Shown in pieces: positions 9,511-19,899 of a stretch of 64,000 nucleotides of DNA; within the stretch, counting starts at the first letter, position 1; each line of letters begins with the position of its first letter. Origin of the DNA: an uncultured Dehalococcoidia bacterium (GTDB lineage Bacteria > Chloroflexota > Dehalococcoidia > Lucifugimonadales > JADFKI01). The notes beneath the pieces are model-generated. The model searched no databases and had not been told where the DNA came from. It worked only from the letters and a program-made list of their open reading frames with translations. The position numbers and the translations under genes are program-made. The stretch is taken from assembly GCA_958295865.1 (NCBI GenBank), contig CATQHF010000006.1:91022-155021 (forward strand). Direction: 5' to 3'.

Positions 9511-9648
9511 AGAGATTACCGCCCGAATGGAAATGCTGCCAATAAGCGCGGGGCGAACATGAGGATTGGCGCGAACCGCAAATGAAATGTCGCTGATAAC
9601 CGCGCCCTGTCTGTTGTGTTTCGCTTTATGGTTTCTTATACTATCTTC

Positions 9649-11139
9649 ATGGTTTCACGGACAGCGACAGAGTACGAAATCGTCATCGGCTTGGAAGTCC
9701 ATTCGCAGCTTCTCACTGAGAGCAAGATGTTCTGCGCGTGCAGCGCGGCGTATCAGGATGCGCCGCCGAATACGACCGTCTGCGCCGTTTGCATGGGAAT
9801 GCCCGGCGCGCTTCCCGTCATGAACCGCAAGGCTGTTGACTATGTGATTCGCACAGGGCTTGCGCTTGACTGCCAAATCTCCGGCTTCACCAAGTTCGAC
9901 CGCAAGAACTATCCCTATCCCGACCTCATGAAGGGCTACCAGATTTCGCAGTACGACCAGCCCGTCGCCTATGACGGCCGTCTCGTCATAGAAACCGATG
10001 AGGGCGTAAAGCGCATCGGCGTAACCCGCGTTCACCTCGAAGAGGATGTCGCAAAGCTGTTCCACAGAACCGACGGCTTCGGCGAGAGCTACAGCCTGCT
10101 GGACATCAACCGCGCCGGTGTGCCGCTCATGGAGATTGTCAGTGAGCCGGACATGCGTAGCCCGGATGAGGCGCGAAGCTACCTAACGCAGCTGCAATCC
10201 ATCCTGCGATACATCGGCGTCAGCAGCGCGAACATGGAAGAGGGCAACTTCCGCTGCGATGCCAATATCAGCGTCCGTCCGCAGGGCAGCTCGGAGCTTG
10301 GCGAGAAGGTTGAAATCAAGAACATGAACAGCTTCCGCGCCGTTCACAGGGCATTGAGCTATGAGGCGGTGCGGCAGGTTCGCGCCGTGAAAGAGGGCGA
10401 GCCGATTGTGCAGGAGACGCGGGGCTGGGACGAAAGCGCAGGCACGACCTTCACGCAGCGCACCAAAGAGTACGCCCACGATTACAGATATTTTCCCGAG
10501 CCTGACCTTCCTCCGCTCGTAATCGGCGACGATTGGGTGCGGAGCGCGCGGCAGACGCTGCCCGAACTGCCAGCCGTCCGCAAGCAGCGCTTCATGACCG
10601 AGTACGCCCTATCCGAGTATGACGCCAACCTGCTGACTGTCAGCAAGGACGCCGCCGACTACTTCGAGTCGATAATAGACGCAAAGCGGGCATCCGGCGC
10701 GGCGCGGGAGCAGTTCTCCAAGCAGGTGAGCAACTGGATTCTGGTCGAGCTTGGCAGGCTGCTCAATGAGACGGGCAGCGACATCGGCAGCGTGAAGATC
10801 GCGCCTCAGACTTTCGTCGAGCTGCTGGACATGGTCGCCGCCGGCGACCTCAGCACCAGCATGGCGAAGACCGTCTTCGAGCGCATGTTCAGCACCGGCA
10901 AGCCGCCCGCGCAAATCGCGGAGGAGCAGGGCTTGGCGCAGATTAGCGACGCCGACGCGCTTGGAAGCGCCGTTGCCGACGCCATAGCCGCCAACCCTGA
11001 ACCTGTGTCCGATTACCTCGCGGGCAAGGAGCAGGTGATACGCTTCCTTGTGGGGCAGGTGATGAAGATAACCAGAGGCAACGCCAACCCCCAGCTTGCC
11101 ATGCGGCTGCTCAAAGAGCGCCTGGATGCGATGAGGTAA
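9649..11139 (+). CDS. gatB: Asp-tRNA(Asn)/Glu-tRNA(Gln) amidotransferase subunit B
   Basis: IGLEVHSQL, FDRKNYPYPDL, RCDANIS, YRYFPEPDL; TATACT lies 6 nt before the ATG, suggesting a leaderless transcript. Confidence 0.96.
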   Translation: MVSRTATEYEIVIGLEVHSQLLTESKMFCACSAAYQDAPPNTTVCAVCMGMPGALPVMNRKAVDYVIRTGLALDCQISGFTKFDRKNYPYPDLMKGYQISQYDQPVAYDGRLVIETDEGVKRIGVTRVHLEEDVAKLFHRTDGFGESYSLLDINRAGVPLMEIVSEPDMRSPDEARSYLTQLQSILRYIGVSSANMEEGNFRCDANISVRPQGSSELGEKVEIKNMNSFRAVHRALSYEAVRQVRAVKEGEPIVQETRGWDESAGTTFTQRTKEYAHDYRYFPEPDLPPLVIGDDWVRSARQTLPELPAVRKQRFMTEYALSEYDANLLTVSKDAADYFESIIDAKRASGAAREQFSKQVSNWILVELGRLLNETGSDIGSVKIAPQTFVELLDMVAAGDLSTSMAKTVFERMFSTGKPPAQIAEEQGLAQISDADALGSAVADAIAANPEPVSDYLAGKEQVIRFLVGQVMKITRGNANPQLAMRLLKERLDAMR

Positions 11140-11144
11140 TCCGT

Positions 11145-12473
11145 ATGAACGGCAGCTCCAATGGCAGCCGCGACGGTTATGCCTCGAACGGCTATCGTCA
11201 GCCCTCCTTGTGGCAGAGTGTCATGCGGCTGATTGTGCCGGGCGTCGGGCTGAAGCGCTGGCTGCTGCTGGGCGCGGTGGGCGTGTCCGTGTGTTCCGTC
11301 GGAATGGCGTATGTGGCGCGCAGAGTGTTCGACCTCACGCCGCCGGAGTTCCTGCCGGGACAGATGGAAGGCTTCTTCTTCGTCATCATCGGAATCGTCT
11401 CCATACTTCTCGCGCTGTACGGCTTTCATCGCTCGGTGGGGCCGCTGTTCATGCAGTCCTCGAGCCTGAACCATGTCGCCAACACCATCTATACGCGCCG
11501 CTCGCTGAGCAAGGGCTTAAAGATTGTGGCGATTGGCGGCGGCACGGGGCTGTCGGTGCTGCTGCGCGGGCTGAAAGCCTACACCGACAACCTCACCGCC
11601 ATCGTTACCGTAGCGGACGACGGCGGCAGTTCCGGGCGTCTGCGTAGAGACTTGGATATGCTGCCGCCCGGCGACTTGCGTAACTGCCTTGTGGCGATGT
11701 CTGACGCCGAACCGCTTATGACCGAGCTTTTTCAGTATCGCTTCGACCGCGGCGACGGCTTGAAGGGGCATAGCTTCGGCAACCTGTTCATTGCCGCGAT
11801 GACGGATGTAACCCAAAGCTTCGATGAGGCGCTTGCCGAGTCTAGCCGTGTGCTTGCCGTGCATGGCAGGATTATACCGTCGACTATGGATAACCTGCGC
11901 CTCTCCGTGAAGCAGACCAACGGCGAGCTGATTCACGGCGAATCCAATGTTATGGATGCCGACGCCGGCATTGAGCGGCTGATGATCGATCCGCCAAACG
12001 CCGAGGCGCATCCGGCAGCGGTTGAGGCGCTGCTCGAAGCCGATATTATCGTCATTGGCCCCGGCAGCCTGTACACGAGCATTCTGCCCAATCTGATGGT
12101 AAAGGGGATTATGGATGCCGTGAGGGAGTCAGCCGCGAGCAAGGTATATGTGACGAATATCGCCACGGAGCGCGGCGAAACGGAGGACTACTCGGTTCTC
12201 GACCATTACGATGCGCTGACGAAGCACACCTTCCGCGAAATCGTGGGGCATACGGTGGTCAACAACAGGCTGCGCGACCTAGGCCCCGAGTTCTACGGCG
12301 CGCCCGTGCGCTACAAGGGGCAGCTGATTAGAGGTGTGCGGGTGCACGCGCATGACCTCGTCGACGCCTCTCACCCCGTGCGCCACGACTCCGAAAAACT
12401 AGCGCGCGCTATTATGAATGTGTATCATAAGGGCAGTGGGCTGCGCTCGCTAATCAAGTTGGGAATGAACTAG
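11145..12473 (+). CDS. yvcK: YvcK/GlmR (UPF0052, CofD-related) protein with N-terminal TM helices
   Basis: IGGGTGLS, ADDGGSSGRLR, PPGDLRN, GHSFGN, GPGSLYTS. Confidence 0.9.
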   Translation: MNGSSNGSRDGYASNGYRQPSLWQSVMRLIVPGVGLKRWLLLGAVGVSVCSVGMAYVARRVFDLTPPEFLPGQMEGFFFVIIGIVSILLALYGFHRSVGPLFMQSSSLNHVANTIYTRRSLSKGLKIVAIGGGTGLSVLLRGLKAYTDNLTAIVTVADDGGSSGRLRRDLDMLPPGDLRNCLVAMSDAEPLMTELFQYRFDRGDGLKGHSFGNLFIAAMTDVTQSFDEALAESSRVLAVHGRIIPSTMDNLRLSVKQTNGELIHGESNVMDADAGIERLMIDPPNAEAHPAAVEALLEADIIVIGPGSLYTSILPNLMVKGIMDAVRESAASKVYVTNIATERGETEDYSVLDHYDALTKHTFREIVGHTVVNNRLRDLGPEFYGAPVRYKGQLIRGVRVHAHDLVDASHPVRHDSEKLARAIMNVYHKGSGLRSLIKLGMN

Positions 12474-12513
12474 CCCGTCTCATAGCAGGCGGCGCAAGCC
12501 AAGAAGGGACGCA

Positions 12514-12726
12514 ATGGCCTGGTTAAACATAGTTCAGATTGCCATATCGGTCATCCTCGTAACGATTATCCTTGTACAGGTAAGAGGGCAAGGCACGGGT
12601 CTGTTCGGCGCGGCGGAAGGCTCGTTTCGCACTCGCAGGGGCCTTGAGAAGACGCTGTTCCAGTTCACCATCTTCATGGTGGTCGTCTTCATCGCCGTCT
12701 CCATCCTGAGCGTCCGCTTCGCCTAA
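12514..12726 (+). CDS. secG: Preprotein translocase subunit SecG
   Basis: 70 aa, two TM segments, LVQ-RG-G-GLFG and RTRRGLEKTL motifs. Confidence 0.9.
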   Translation: MAWLNIVQIAISVILVTIILVQVRGQGTGLFGAAEGSFRTRRGLEKTLFQFTIFMVVVFIAVSILSVRFA

Positions 12727-12754
12727 CGCTCATAACTCCGGTTCACACTTCACG

Positions 12755-14173
12755 CTATCCCAGCATCTTCCCCGGATTCAGGATGTTGTTGGGGTCAACC
12801 GCCCGCTTCAGCCGCCGCATCACCCGCAATCCGTTGCCGTGCTCAGCATCCATCAAGTGCGACAGCTTCAGCCCCACGCCATGGCAGTATTCCATAGAGC
12901 CGCCCAACTGCTGCGCCAGCGTCAGCGCGTCATCCACCACTTCGCCCATTTGCGGCGATGTTTCGCCCCCGTCGTCGCGCTCCTGCACTATCAGAAATGA
13001 AAAGAGTTCCGGGCGCGCCCATAGCGACCACTCGCGCACCCGTATGCCCCTGTCAGCGAATATGTTGCCGCAACGCCTGCGATACTCCAGCACCCGCGAG
13101 ACGGGCAGGGCGACATGCAAGTAGTCCATGCGGTACGCTGACGACCTGCGCCGCGCCTGTGCCGGGTTCGCGCTATCCAGCACATCGCGCTTGTATCGCT
13201 CGCCGGGCGCATGCCGCGTCCGCCAGAAGCGCAGCGCCTCTTCGCGCTCGCCCTCGCGCCCCTCATAGCGGCGGCAGATGTCGAGCGTCCGCGCCCACTG
13301 CGTCTTGACATCCGCATCGAACCCCTCGAATGAGATATACAGCGTCGCCGGCTCATCGTCTGCCGTCTGTCCGTCGGACATGGCTTCCGTGCCGTAGTCG
13401 AGCATCGTTGGGCGCACGCCCTCGGCGTACATGCGGCAGATGGCGTGAAAGCCCGCCTCGAATGATGGGAAGTCCACGCCCGCGATGAGGCGCTTCTGCG
13501 GCATCGGAAACGCCCGCAGCGTAGCCTCCGTAACGATTCCGAATGTGCCTTCCGCGCCAATGAGCAGGGAGTTCAGCGAAAGCCCGTTAGTCGGCTTGGC
13601 GCTTGCCCGCGTGCGTATGATTTCGCCGTCCGCGAGCGCCGCCTCCATTCCAAGCGCCTGTTCGCCCATTGAGCCGTATCGCGCGGCTGTGTATCCCACG
13701 CCGTCAGTGGAGATTGCGCCCCCGACGGTGGCTATCGGCCGGCTCCAGGGGTCATGTCCGAGCAGCACCCCCGCATTGCCCAGCGCGCGGGCGGCATCCT
13801 CCAGCACGACGCCCGGCTGCAAGCGCGTCGTAAAGTCCCGCTCAGACACATCTAGCACGGCGTTCATCCGCTCGAGGCTCAGGATGACGCAGCCCTCGAT
13901 GGGCGCTGCCGCCCCAAAGACGCCCGTGCCGCCGCCGTATGGAACGACCGGAACCTGCCGCGTCTGGGCGTATCTCAGGATGCGGGCGACCTGCCGCGTG
14001 TCCGACGGCAGCGCGACCACGCTCGGCGTCGCATAGAGGCGGGACGCTGCCCCAAATGCGCGAAAAGCGCCCAGCGCGTCCCCGATGTAGCGCATCATGG
14101 CGTCGGGCTGGCTGATAATGCCGTCAGCGCCGACTATGCGCTCTAGGTCTGACCTCAACCCTTGGCGGTTCAC
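12755..14173 (-). CDS. FAD-binding oxidoreductase (GlcD / alkyl-DHAP-synthase-like)
   Basis: VPYGGGTG, ATVGGAIS, GAEGTFGIVTE, HGVG, DPNNILNPGK; the ORF extension to 14236 derives from a REP. Confidence 0.85.
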   Translation of the reverse strand: MNRQGLRSDLERIVGADGIISQPDAMMRYIGDALGAFRAFGAASRLYATPSVVALPSDTRQVARILRYAQTRQVPVVPYGGGTGVFGAAAPIEGCVILSLERMNAVLDVSERDFTTRLQPGVVLEDAARALGNAGVLLGHDPWSRPIATVGGAISTDGVGYTAARYGSMGEQALGMEAALADGEIIRTRASAKPTNGLSLNSLLIGAEGTFGIVTEATLRAFPMPQKRLIAGVDFPSFEAGFHAICRMYAEGVRPTMLDYGTEAMSDGQTADDEPATLYISFEGFDADVKTQWARTLDICRRYEGREGEREEALRFWRTRHAPGERYKRDVLDSANPAQARRRSSAYRMDYLHVALPVSRVLEYRRRCGNIFADRGIRVREWSLWARPELFSFLIVQERDDGGETSPQMGEVVDDALTLAQQLGGSMEYCHGVGLKLSHLMDAEHGNGLRVMRRLKRAVDPNNILNPGKMLG

Positions 14174-14185
14174 TCGTTCTTGTTC

Positions 14186-14390
14186 TCGTTCGTGGCGAGC
14201 CTCCTGAGCTTGTCGAAGGGCGAACCACCGTCTCATACTGAGCTAGGTTGCGTGGACATTTGCGTCATTTCTGCGAAAGAACGTCACCCCTGCGGAAGCA
14301 GGGGCAGGAATCCAGCGCTTTGAGATAGCCTGAAATATGCAAAGGCGACTACATTCTGAGGTTCTGGATTCCCGTGAAAACGGGAATGAC
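14186..14390. repeat. Family C REP plus family A REPIN
   Basis: cgttcgtggcgagc...ttgtcgaagggcgaacc, then GTCATT...GGAATCC-spacer-GGATTCC...GGAATGAC. Confidence 0.8.
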
Positions 14391-14454
14391 GGGATGAAAA
14401 GGCGAAATGTCAACTGAACCTAGTCGAAGGGCTGACCGTCGATGTTGATTTTCG

Positions 14455-15837
14455 CTATCGCCCTCTGAACTGCCACTCTGTGCCGCCGGCGGAGTCTTCT
14501 AGGCTTACGCCCAGATCGGCGAGGTCGTCGCGTATCTTGTCCGCAAGAGCGTACTGCCTTGCCGCGCGCAGTTCCCTGCGTACTTGCACCAGCAGCTCCA
14601 CGAATGGCGCGGCGTCGCTCCCCGCGCTCGACTCCGGCTCGTCGATGTCTATGCCAAGCACGCCGACCAGCTCGCGCAGCGTATTCTGCGCGGCTGCCAC
14701 ATCGTCGCCCTGCTCCCGACTGCGGTTGATATGCCGACACAGGTCGAATATGACCGCCAACGCCCTCGGCGTGTTCACATCGTCGTCCATCGCCTTGATG
14801 AACAGGTTCTTGTAGTCGGCGGCGTCCAGCGCGCTGCCGCCCGCGTTCTGCCCGTCGTCCCGTCTGCTGACAGTCGCCGCGTGTCGGATGCGCTCGATGG
14901 CGCGCTCTTGCGCCGCGATGTTCTGCACGCTGTACACCAGTGGGTTGCGGTAGTGCGAGCTGAGAAAGAACAGGCGCAGCGCGGGCGCGGAGAACTGGTT
15001 CAGCGCCTCGCCCACCGTTATCACATTGCCGATAGACTTGCTCATCTTGTCTTCATCGATGCTCAGCAAGCCGTTGTGCAGCCAAAAGCGCGCGAACGGC
15101 TGCCGCTGGCTGAACGATTCGCTCTGCGCTATCTCGTTCTCGTGGTGCGGGAATATGAGGTCTTGCCCGCCGCCGTGAATGTCAACGCCCTCTTGCAGGT
15201 AGCGCATAGACATCGCGCTGCATTCTATATGCCAGCCCGGCCTGCCTGCTCCCCAAGGACTGTCCCACGCCGGTTCGCCCGGCTTCTGCGACTTCCACAG
15301 CGCGAAGTCCCGCGCATCCTCTTTCGCCTCATCCACTTCCACGCGCGCGCCCGCCAGCAGGTCTTCTTCGCTGCGGCGGCTCAGCTTGCCGTAGTCGGCG
15401 TTGCGCCTCACCCGAAAATACACGTCGCCATTTACGGCGTAGGCGTAGCCCTGCTCTTCCAAGGACTTTATCATGCTCACAATGGCGGGAATCTCCGTCG
15501 TAGCCCTGGGGTATGTGTGAGCGCGCAGCACATTGAGCGCGTCCATCTCTTCCATGTACTGCTTGATGTTCGTCTCCGAAAGCTCATCCGTGGAGATGCC
15601 GATGTCGTTGGCGGCGGTGATAATCTTGTCATCGACATCGGTGAAGTTCTGAATGTGCGTGATGGGGTAGCCCTTGTATTCGAGGTAGCGCCGCACCACA
15701 TCGAAGACGACCGACATCATCGCGTGTCCGATGTGGGAGGGAGCGTAGGGCGTAATGCCGCACACATACATCCGAACCTTGCCGTCGGGAGTGGTGAACT
15801 CCTCTTTTTTGCCGGAAAGGGTGTTAAAGAGTTTCAT
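14455..15837 (-). CDS. cysS: Cysteine--tRNA ligase
   Basis: YVCGITPY, HIGH, GRPGWHIECS, FPHHENE, KMSKS. Confidence 0.97.
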   Translation of the reverse strand: MKLFNTLSGKKEEFTTPDGKVRMYVCGITPYAPSHIGHAMMSVVFDVVRRYLEYKGYPITHIQNFTDVDDKIITAANDIGISTDELSETNIKQYMEEMDALNVLRAHTYPRATTEIPAIVSMIKSLEEQGYAYAVNGDVYFRVRRNADYGKLSRRSEEDLLAGARVEVDEAKEDARDFALWKSQKPGEPAWDSPWGAGRPGWHIECSAMSMRYLQEGVDIHGGGQDLIFPHHENEIAQSESFSQRQPFARFWLHNGLLSIDEDKMSKSIGNVITVGEALNQFSAPALRLFFLSSHYRNPLVYSVQNIAAQERAIERIRHAATVSRRDDGQNAGGSALDAADYKNLFIKAMDDDVNTPRALAVIFDLCRHINRSREQGDDVAAAQNTLRELVGVLGIDIDEPESSAGSDAAPFVELLVQVRRELRAARQYALADKIRDDLADLGVSLEDSAGGTEWQFRGR

Positions 15838-16316
15838 GTTATTCGTTCAATGGTTGCTATTGCCAGACTTCCGATACCTTCGCCGCGCCCGATAGCGCCT
15901 AGCCCGTCCGTCGTGGTCGCCTTGACGCTCACGCTGTCCGTCGCCAGACGCAGCGCCCCGGCAAGCGACTGCCGTATGCTGCTCATGTAGGGCTTCAGAA
16001 TTGGACGCTCGGCGAGTATTGTAGCATCAACGAAGGTAACACGCCAACGGTTATCCTCCAGCAGTCTCAGAGTTTGCGCGAGCAGTTCCACGCTGGCAAT
16101 GCCCCGGTATCGCTCATCGGACGGCGGAAAGTGCGTCCCGATGTCCCCAAGCGCGGCCGCGCCCAGCATCGCGTCTATGACCGCGTGGGTGAGAGCGTCG
16201 CCGTCGCTGTGTCCCGCAAGCCCGCGCTCGAACGGAATATCCACGCCGCCCAGAACCAGCGCGCGCGCCTCCACGAGCGGATGCACATCGAACCCAATGC
16301 CTGAGCGCGTGGTCAT
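15834..16316 (-). CDS. ispF: 2-C-methyl-D-erythritol 2,4-cyclodiphosphate synthase
   Basis: GIGFDVH, GHSDGD, GDIGTHFP, VKATT. Confidence 0.96.
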   Translation of the reverse strand: MTTRSGIGFDVHPLVEARALVLGGVDIPFERGLAGHSDGDALTHAVIDAMLGAAALGDIGTHFPPSDERYRGIASVELLAQTLRLLEDNRWRVTFVDATILAERPILKPYMSSIRQSLAGALRLATDSVSVKATTTDGLGAIGRGEGIGSLAIATIERIT

Positions 16317-17042
16317 CTACGACACCCCGCAATCATCTGCCGCTCGCAGAGCCATTATCGCTTGCGCGATTGTCAGGTCTTCGGGCGTCGTAACCTTGAT
16401 ATTGTAGTACGAACCGAAGAACAACTTTACCGGATGGCCTATCGCCTCCACCATGGAGGCATCATCCGTAACCGGCGCTCGAACCCTGCGGTGCGCCTCT
16501 TGCAGCAGCGACATTCCGAACACCTGCGGCGTCTGCACCGCCCACAACCCATCGCGCGGTATCGTCCGCGTTACGACGTTCCCGTCGTCCGCCCGCTTGA
16601 CGGTATCCTTGACCGGCACCGCCGCGCTTGCCGCCCCATGCTCTTGCGCCGCCGCTATCCCTCTGTCCAGCAGCGCGTCATCGAGAAAGGGACGCGCGCC
16701 GTCATGCACTACCACCAGGTCGCAATCGCCCAGCTTCTCCATGCCAAGGCGCACTGAGTCCTGCCGCCGCTCGCCGCCCGCGTACACGCCGCTAACGCTC
16801 GTGATGCGATGCTCGGCTACCATCGCCTTTGCCCGCTCGACGCTTCCCTCCGATGTAACCAGCACAACCTCATCGACGCCCGCGTGCGCGTCCAACGCCG
16901 CGAGGCTGTGACAGACGAGCGGGATCCCGTTCAGGGGAAAGAAAACCTTGTCGATGCCTCCCATGCGCCTGCTCTCGCCCGCCGCGACGACCACCGCGCC
17001 CACGCGCGGAGCGTCCGACTGGATTTCGCGGGAATTGTCCAT
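16317..17042 (-). CDS. ispD: 2-C-methyl-D-erythritol 4-phosphate cytidylyltransferase
   Basis: AAGESRRMGG, RQDSV, VHDGARP, QTPQ, KVTTPEDL; start set at MDNSR. Confidence 0.94.
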   Translation of the reverse strand: MDNSREIQSDAPRVGAVVVAAGESRRMGGIDKVFFPLNGIPLVCHSLAALDAHAGVDEVVLVTSEGSVERAKAMVAEHRITSVSGVYAGGERRQDSVRLGMEKLGDCDLVVVHDGARPFLDDALLDRGIAAAQEHGAASAAVPVKDTVKRADDGNVVTRTIPRDGLWAVQTPQVFGMSLLQEAHRRVRAPVTDDASMVEAIGHPVKLFFGSYYNIKVTTPEDLTIAQAIMALRAADDCGVS

Positions 17043-17099
17043 TAGTGGTATCCTGATACCAAGATTATGCGGCGTAAGAATAGCACTCGGTATTCCATC

Positions 17100-18251
17100 A
17101 TGTCTATCCGCTCCGTCCGTACTAGATACCCCCGTCTGACAAAGGCAGCCATCGCCGTGCTTGCCGTCGGCGCAGTCCTGCTGCTGCTGGCGAGAACGCC
17201 GCAGGTCAAGGCGTCCATGCGTACAGTCGGATTTGTCGCGCAGGTGCTGCCGGGCGTTCCGGTCAAGCCTTCCGCGTGGTTCACCGACGCGCCTGAGCGC
17301 ACCGAAGTCAGCTACCCACTGCAAGACGGCAGAGGCGTCGCGCACCTCTACACGCCGCCAAAAGCGGGCAGGCACAGCGCCATATTGCTATTCCTTGGCG
17401 TCAATCCTGTGGGCAGGGACGACGAGCGTGTAGTGAACCTAGCCAACGCGCTCACTCGCGCCGGGCTTATCGTCATGGTGCCTTGGTCAGACCGCATGAC
17501 GCAGTCGGTCGTCGACCCGCGCGAAGTCGATGATCTGGTGCGCGCCTTCCAGCATCTCCATTCACTCGATACGGTGGACAGCGATAAGGTGGGCATAGCA
17601 GGCTTCAGCGTGGGCGCGTCGCTCGTGCTGGTGGCGGCGCACGACGAGCGCATCAGAGACGACATCGATGTGGTCGTGTCATTGGGCGGCTACTACGACG
17701 CCACAGACCTCATCGCATCAGTCGCGGCGCAGCGGCGCAGTTACGACGGCGTAGTGGAACATTGGCAGCCCGGCTCGCTCAGTCTTAGGGTCGTGCGTAA
17801 GCAGCTGCTGGATACGATACCGAGCGCCGACGAGCGGGAACAGGTGCGCCGGGCGATTGAGGACGGCTCGCCGCCGCCGCCCGCCATATCCGACGAAGCC
17901 CGTACAGTCTATGACCTGTTCACCGCCCCCGATCTCGGTACCGCATATCGCCACCTAGAGCGTCTTCCCCCGCAAGCGATGGCTAGGCTGCACGCCATAT
18001 CGCCCTCATACACCGACGGCAGTCTGCCCGCGAAGCTGCTGCTCATGCACGACCACAACGACAGCCTCGTTCCATCAGAGGAGTCGAGGCGACTATACGA
18101 CGCCTGGCATTCCGACGCCGAAATACACTACACTGAGTTCACTTTTTTCGACCATGTTGAACCATCCCGCTCGGTCAGTCGAATAGAGTTCGCCAAAGAG
18201 AGCGCAAAGCTCATGTCCCAGATGTACAGACTAATGCGAGAACTCGACTGA
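17100..18251 (+). CDS. Membrane-anchored alpha/beta hydrolase-fold protein
   Basis: N-terminal hydrophobic helix, GFSVG nucleophile elbow, DSLVP and FDHV candidate Asp/His. Confidence 0.7.
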   Translation: MSIRSVRTRYPRLTKAAIAVLAVGAVLLLLARTPQVKASMRTVGFVAQVLPGVPVKPSAWFTDAPERTEVSYPLQDGRGVAHLYTPPKAGRHSAILLFLGVNPVGRDDERVVNLANALTRAGLIVMVPWSDRMTQSVVDPREVDDLVRAFQHLHSLDTVDSDKVGIAGFSVGASLVLVAAHDERIRDDIDVVVSLGGYYDATDLIASVAAQRRSYDGVVEHWQPGSLSLRVVRKQLLDTIPSADEREQVRRAIEDGSPPPPAISDEARTVYDLFTAPDLGTAYRHLERLPPQAMARLHAISPSYTDGSLPAKLLLMHDHNDSLVPSEESRRLYDAWHSDAEIHYTEFTFFDHVEPSRSVSRIEFAKESAKLMSQMYRLMRELD

Positions 18252-18346
18252 CGCGGCTGTGGGGTGGCGTCCACGCCTACTTTGCGGATGGTATAATGCC
18301 CGTAGTCGCAAGTGTTTGGCGCACTAATCCCCAAGGAAGGTCCCCG

Positions 18347-19036
18347 ATGACCGGCAGGACGACTACATTCATACGGAAGGCGGACTTGCAGGAATGCTAT
18401 CCTGAGTTTCCGCCGCGAGAAGATATGCAGAACTGGCGCTGCCTTTATAGAACCGGCATCCAGATGGCGTTACAGGTGCATTACGCATCCGATCCGAACA
18501 TTACGGTTGCCTGCGAGGTTCCGGTTGGGCATAGCCTGTCTGCGCGGGATGATGTGCGGATACCGGATCTTTCGGTGATGAAGGGCGGCGACTCCGAGCT
18601 GATGGAGGCTCAGCGTGGGTATGCGATAGACAGGCAGGGCAAAGCGCCGGACTTCGTGCTTGAGGTAGCGTCTCCGTCGACGGGTGTGCTTGACTACACG
18701 GACAAGCGTCTGGACTATGAGCGTTACGGTGTTGCGGAATACTGGCGCTTCGACCCTAGTGGCGGGAACTACCACGATGAGGCGCTTGCGGGAGACCGCC
18801 TGATTGATGGCAAGTACGAGCCTATCGCCGTTGAGATGCCGGAAGACGACTTATTTCGCGGTTACAGCGAGGCATTGGATCTGTATGTGTGCTGGGAGTA
18901 TGGAGAGTTGCGGTTCTTCGATCCCAAGACAGGGAGCTACCTACGCACTCACCACGAAGAGCGGCTCGGTCGTCTGACGGCTGAAACTCGAGTAGCGGAA
19001 CTGGAGGCGGAGCTTCGGAATCTGCGAGGCGAATAA
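18347..19036 (+). CDS. Uma2 family (PD-(D/E)XK) endonuclease-like protein
   Basis: IPDLSV, PDFVLEVASPST, EYWRFDP, short C-terminal coiled coil. Confidence 0.85.
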   Translation: MTGRTTTFIRKADLQECYPEFPPREDMQNWRCLYRTGIQMALQVHYASDPNITVACEVPVGHSLSARDDVRIPDLSVMKGGDSELMEAQRGYAIDRQGKAPDFVLEVASPSTGVLDYTDKRLDYERYGVAEYWRFDPSGGNYHDEALAGDRLIDGKYEPIAVEMPEDDLFRGYSEALDLYVCWEYGELRFFDPKTGSYLRTHHEERLGRLTAETRVAELEAELRNLRGE

Positions 19037-19171
19037 GGACTTACATTCCGCAACGCTTCGCTTAGTGAGCGCAACATTACTGTGCAGCGCTTTCGGCCAA
19101 ACAGGTTGACATAGCATGATAGTATGAGAACAACAGACTGTTGATGTACGGAGATTTCAGGGGTTTTCCAA

Positions 19172-19311
19172 TTGTCACTCCGAACGGAGTGAAGGGTCTA
19201 AAATCCTTGCCATATCGGGCGCGTCGCTGGCAGGAACTTTAGATTCCTCGTTGCGCTCGGAATGACAGGGATGGGCGCTCGGAATGACAGGGACGGGCGC
19301 TCGGAATGACA
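19172..19311. repeat. Family B REPIN with a 22-bp tandem tail
   Basis: tgtcactccgaacggagtgaagggtct...gattcctcgttgcgctcggaatgacag; the cgctcggaatgacag core occurs three times at 22-bp period. Confidence 0.8.
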
Positions 19312-19362
19312 GTGAGAACGATGCCCTGACAATTGAAAACCTTGACGGAGACTTTCAGCGCT

Positions 19363-19878
19363 ATGGGCAGAAACTACTGGATGGTATCCACCACGCTCGA
19401 CGACTTCCAAGTCACGCGCGATAAGGGTTACAGCATATTCGGGATGGGCGCGAAGTACCGCCGCAGGGCGCAGCGCATGCAGCCTGACGACCGCCTGCTG
19501 CTCTATGTGAAGCAGCTCCGCAAGTGGACGGGCGTCGTGAGCGTTACATCGGAGTATTTCGAGGATCGCACCCCTATCTGGAACATCGGCACACGCGGCG
19601 AGAACTACCCGTTCCGCGTGAAGATAAAGCCCGAAATCGTGCTACGCGAAGTGGACTACATAGACGCCCTGATACTAGCGCCCAGGATGGAGTATGTTAA
19701 GCGCTGGCAGCCCGAAGACTGGCCCCTCGCCTTCTTCGATACCCTTCACCTCATCCCGCAAAGAGACTTCAGTCTCATCGAAGGCGAGATGAGGCGCATC
19801 ATCGTCGATAGCGACAAGTTCTACAAGCGTTTAGGCAACAGACGCCGTCCAACGATAGCGCCGCGAACGGCGCGCTGA
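19363..19878 (+). CDS. EVE domain protein
   Basis: NYWMV...MQPDDRLLLYV...YPFRVK...IPQRDF pattern of EVE/PUA-like domains. Confidence 0.75.
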   Translation: MGRNYWMVSTTLDDFQVTRDKGYSIFGMGAKYRRRAQRMQPDDRLLLYVKQLRKWTGVVSVTSEYFEDRTPIWNIGTRGENYPFRVKIKPEIVLREVDYIDALILAPRMEYVKRWQPEDWPLAFFDTLHLIPQRDFSLIEGEMRRIIVDSDKFYKRLGNRRRPTIAPRTAR

Positions 19879-19899
19879 TAGAGCCGCCGGCGCGTCGAA

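Noticed and set aside
19255-19311. Short repeats with spacers that could suggest CRISPR (also 2860-2935 and 43163-43270)
   Set aside because: The period is about 21-22 bp with no unique 30-40-nt spacers. The units are REP half-sites and no cas genes are present.
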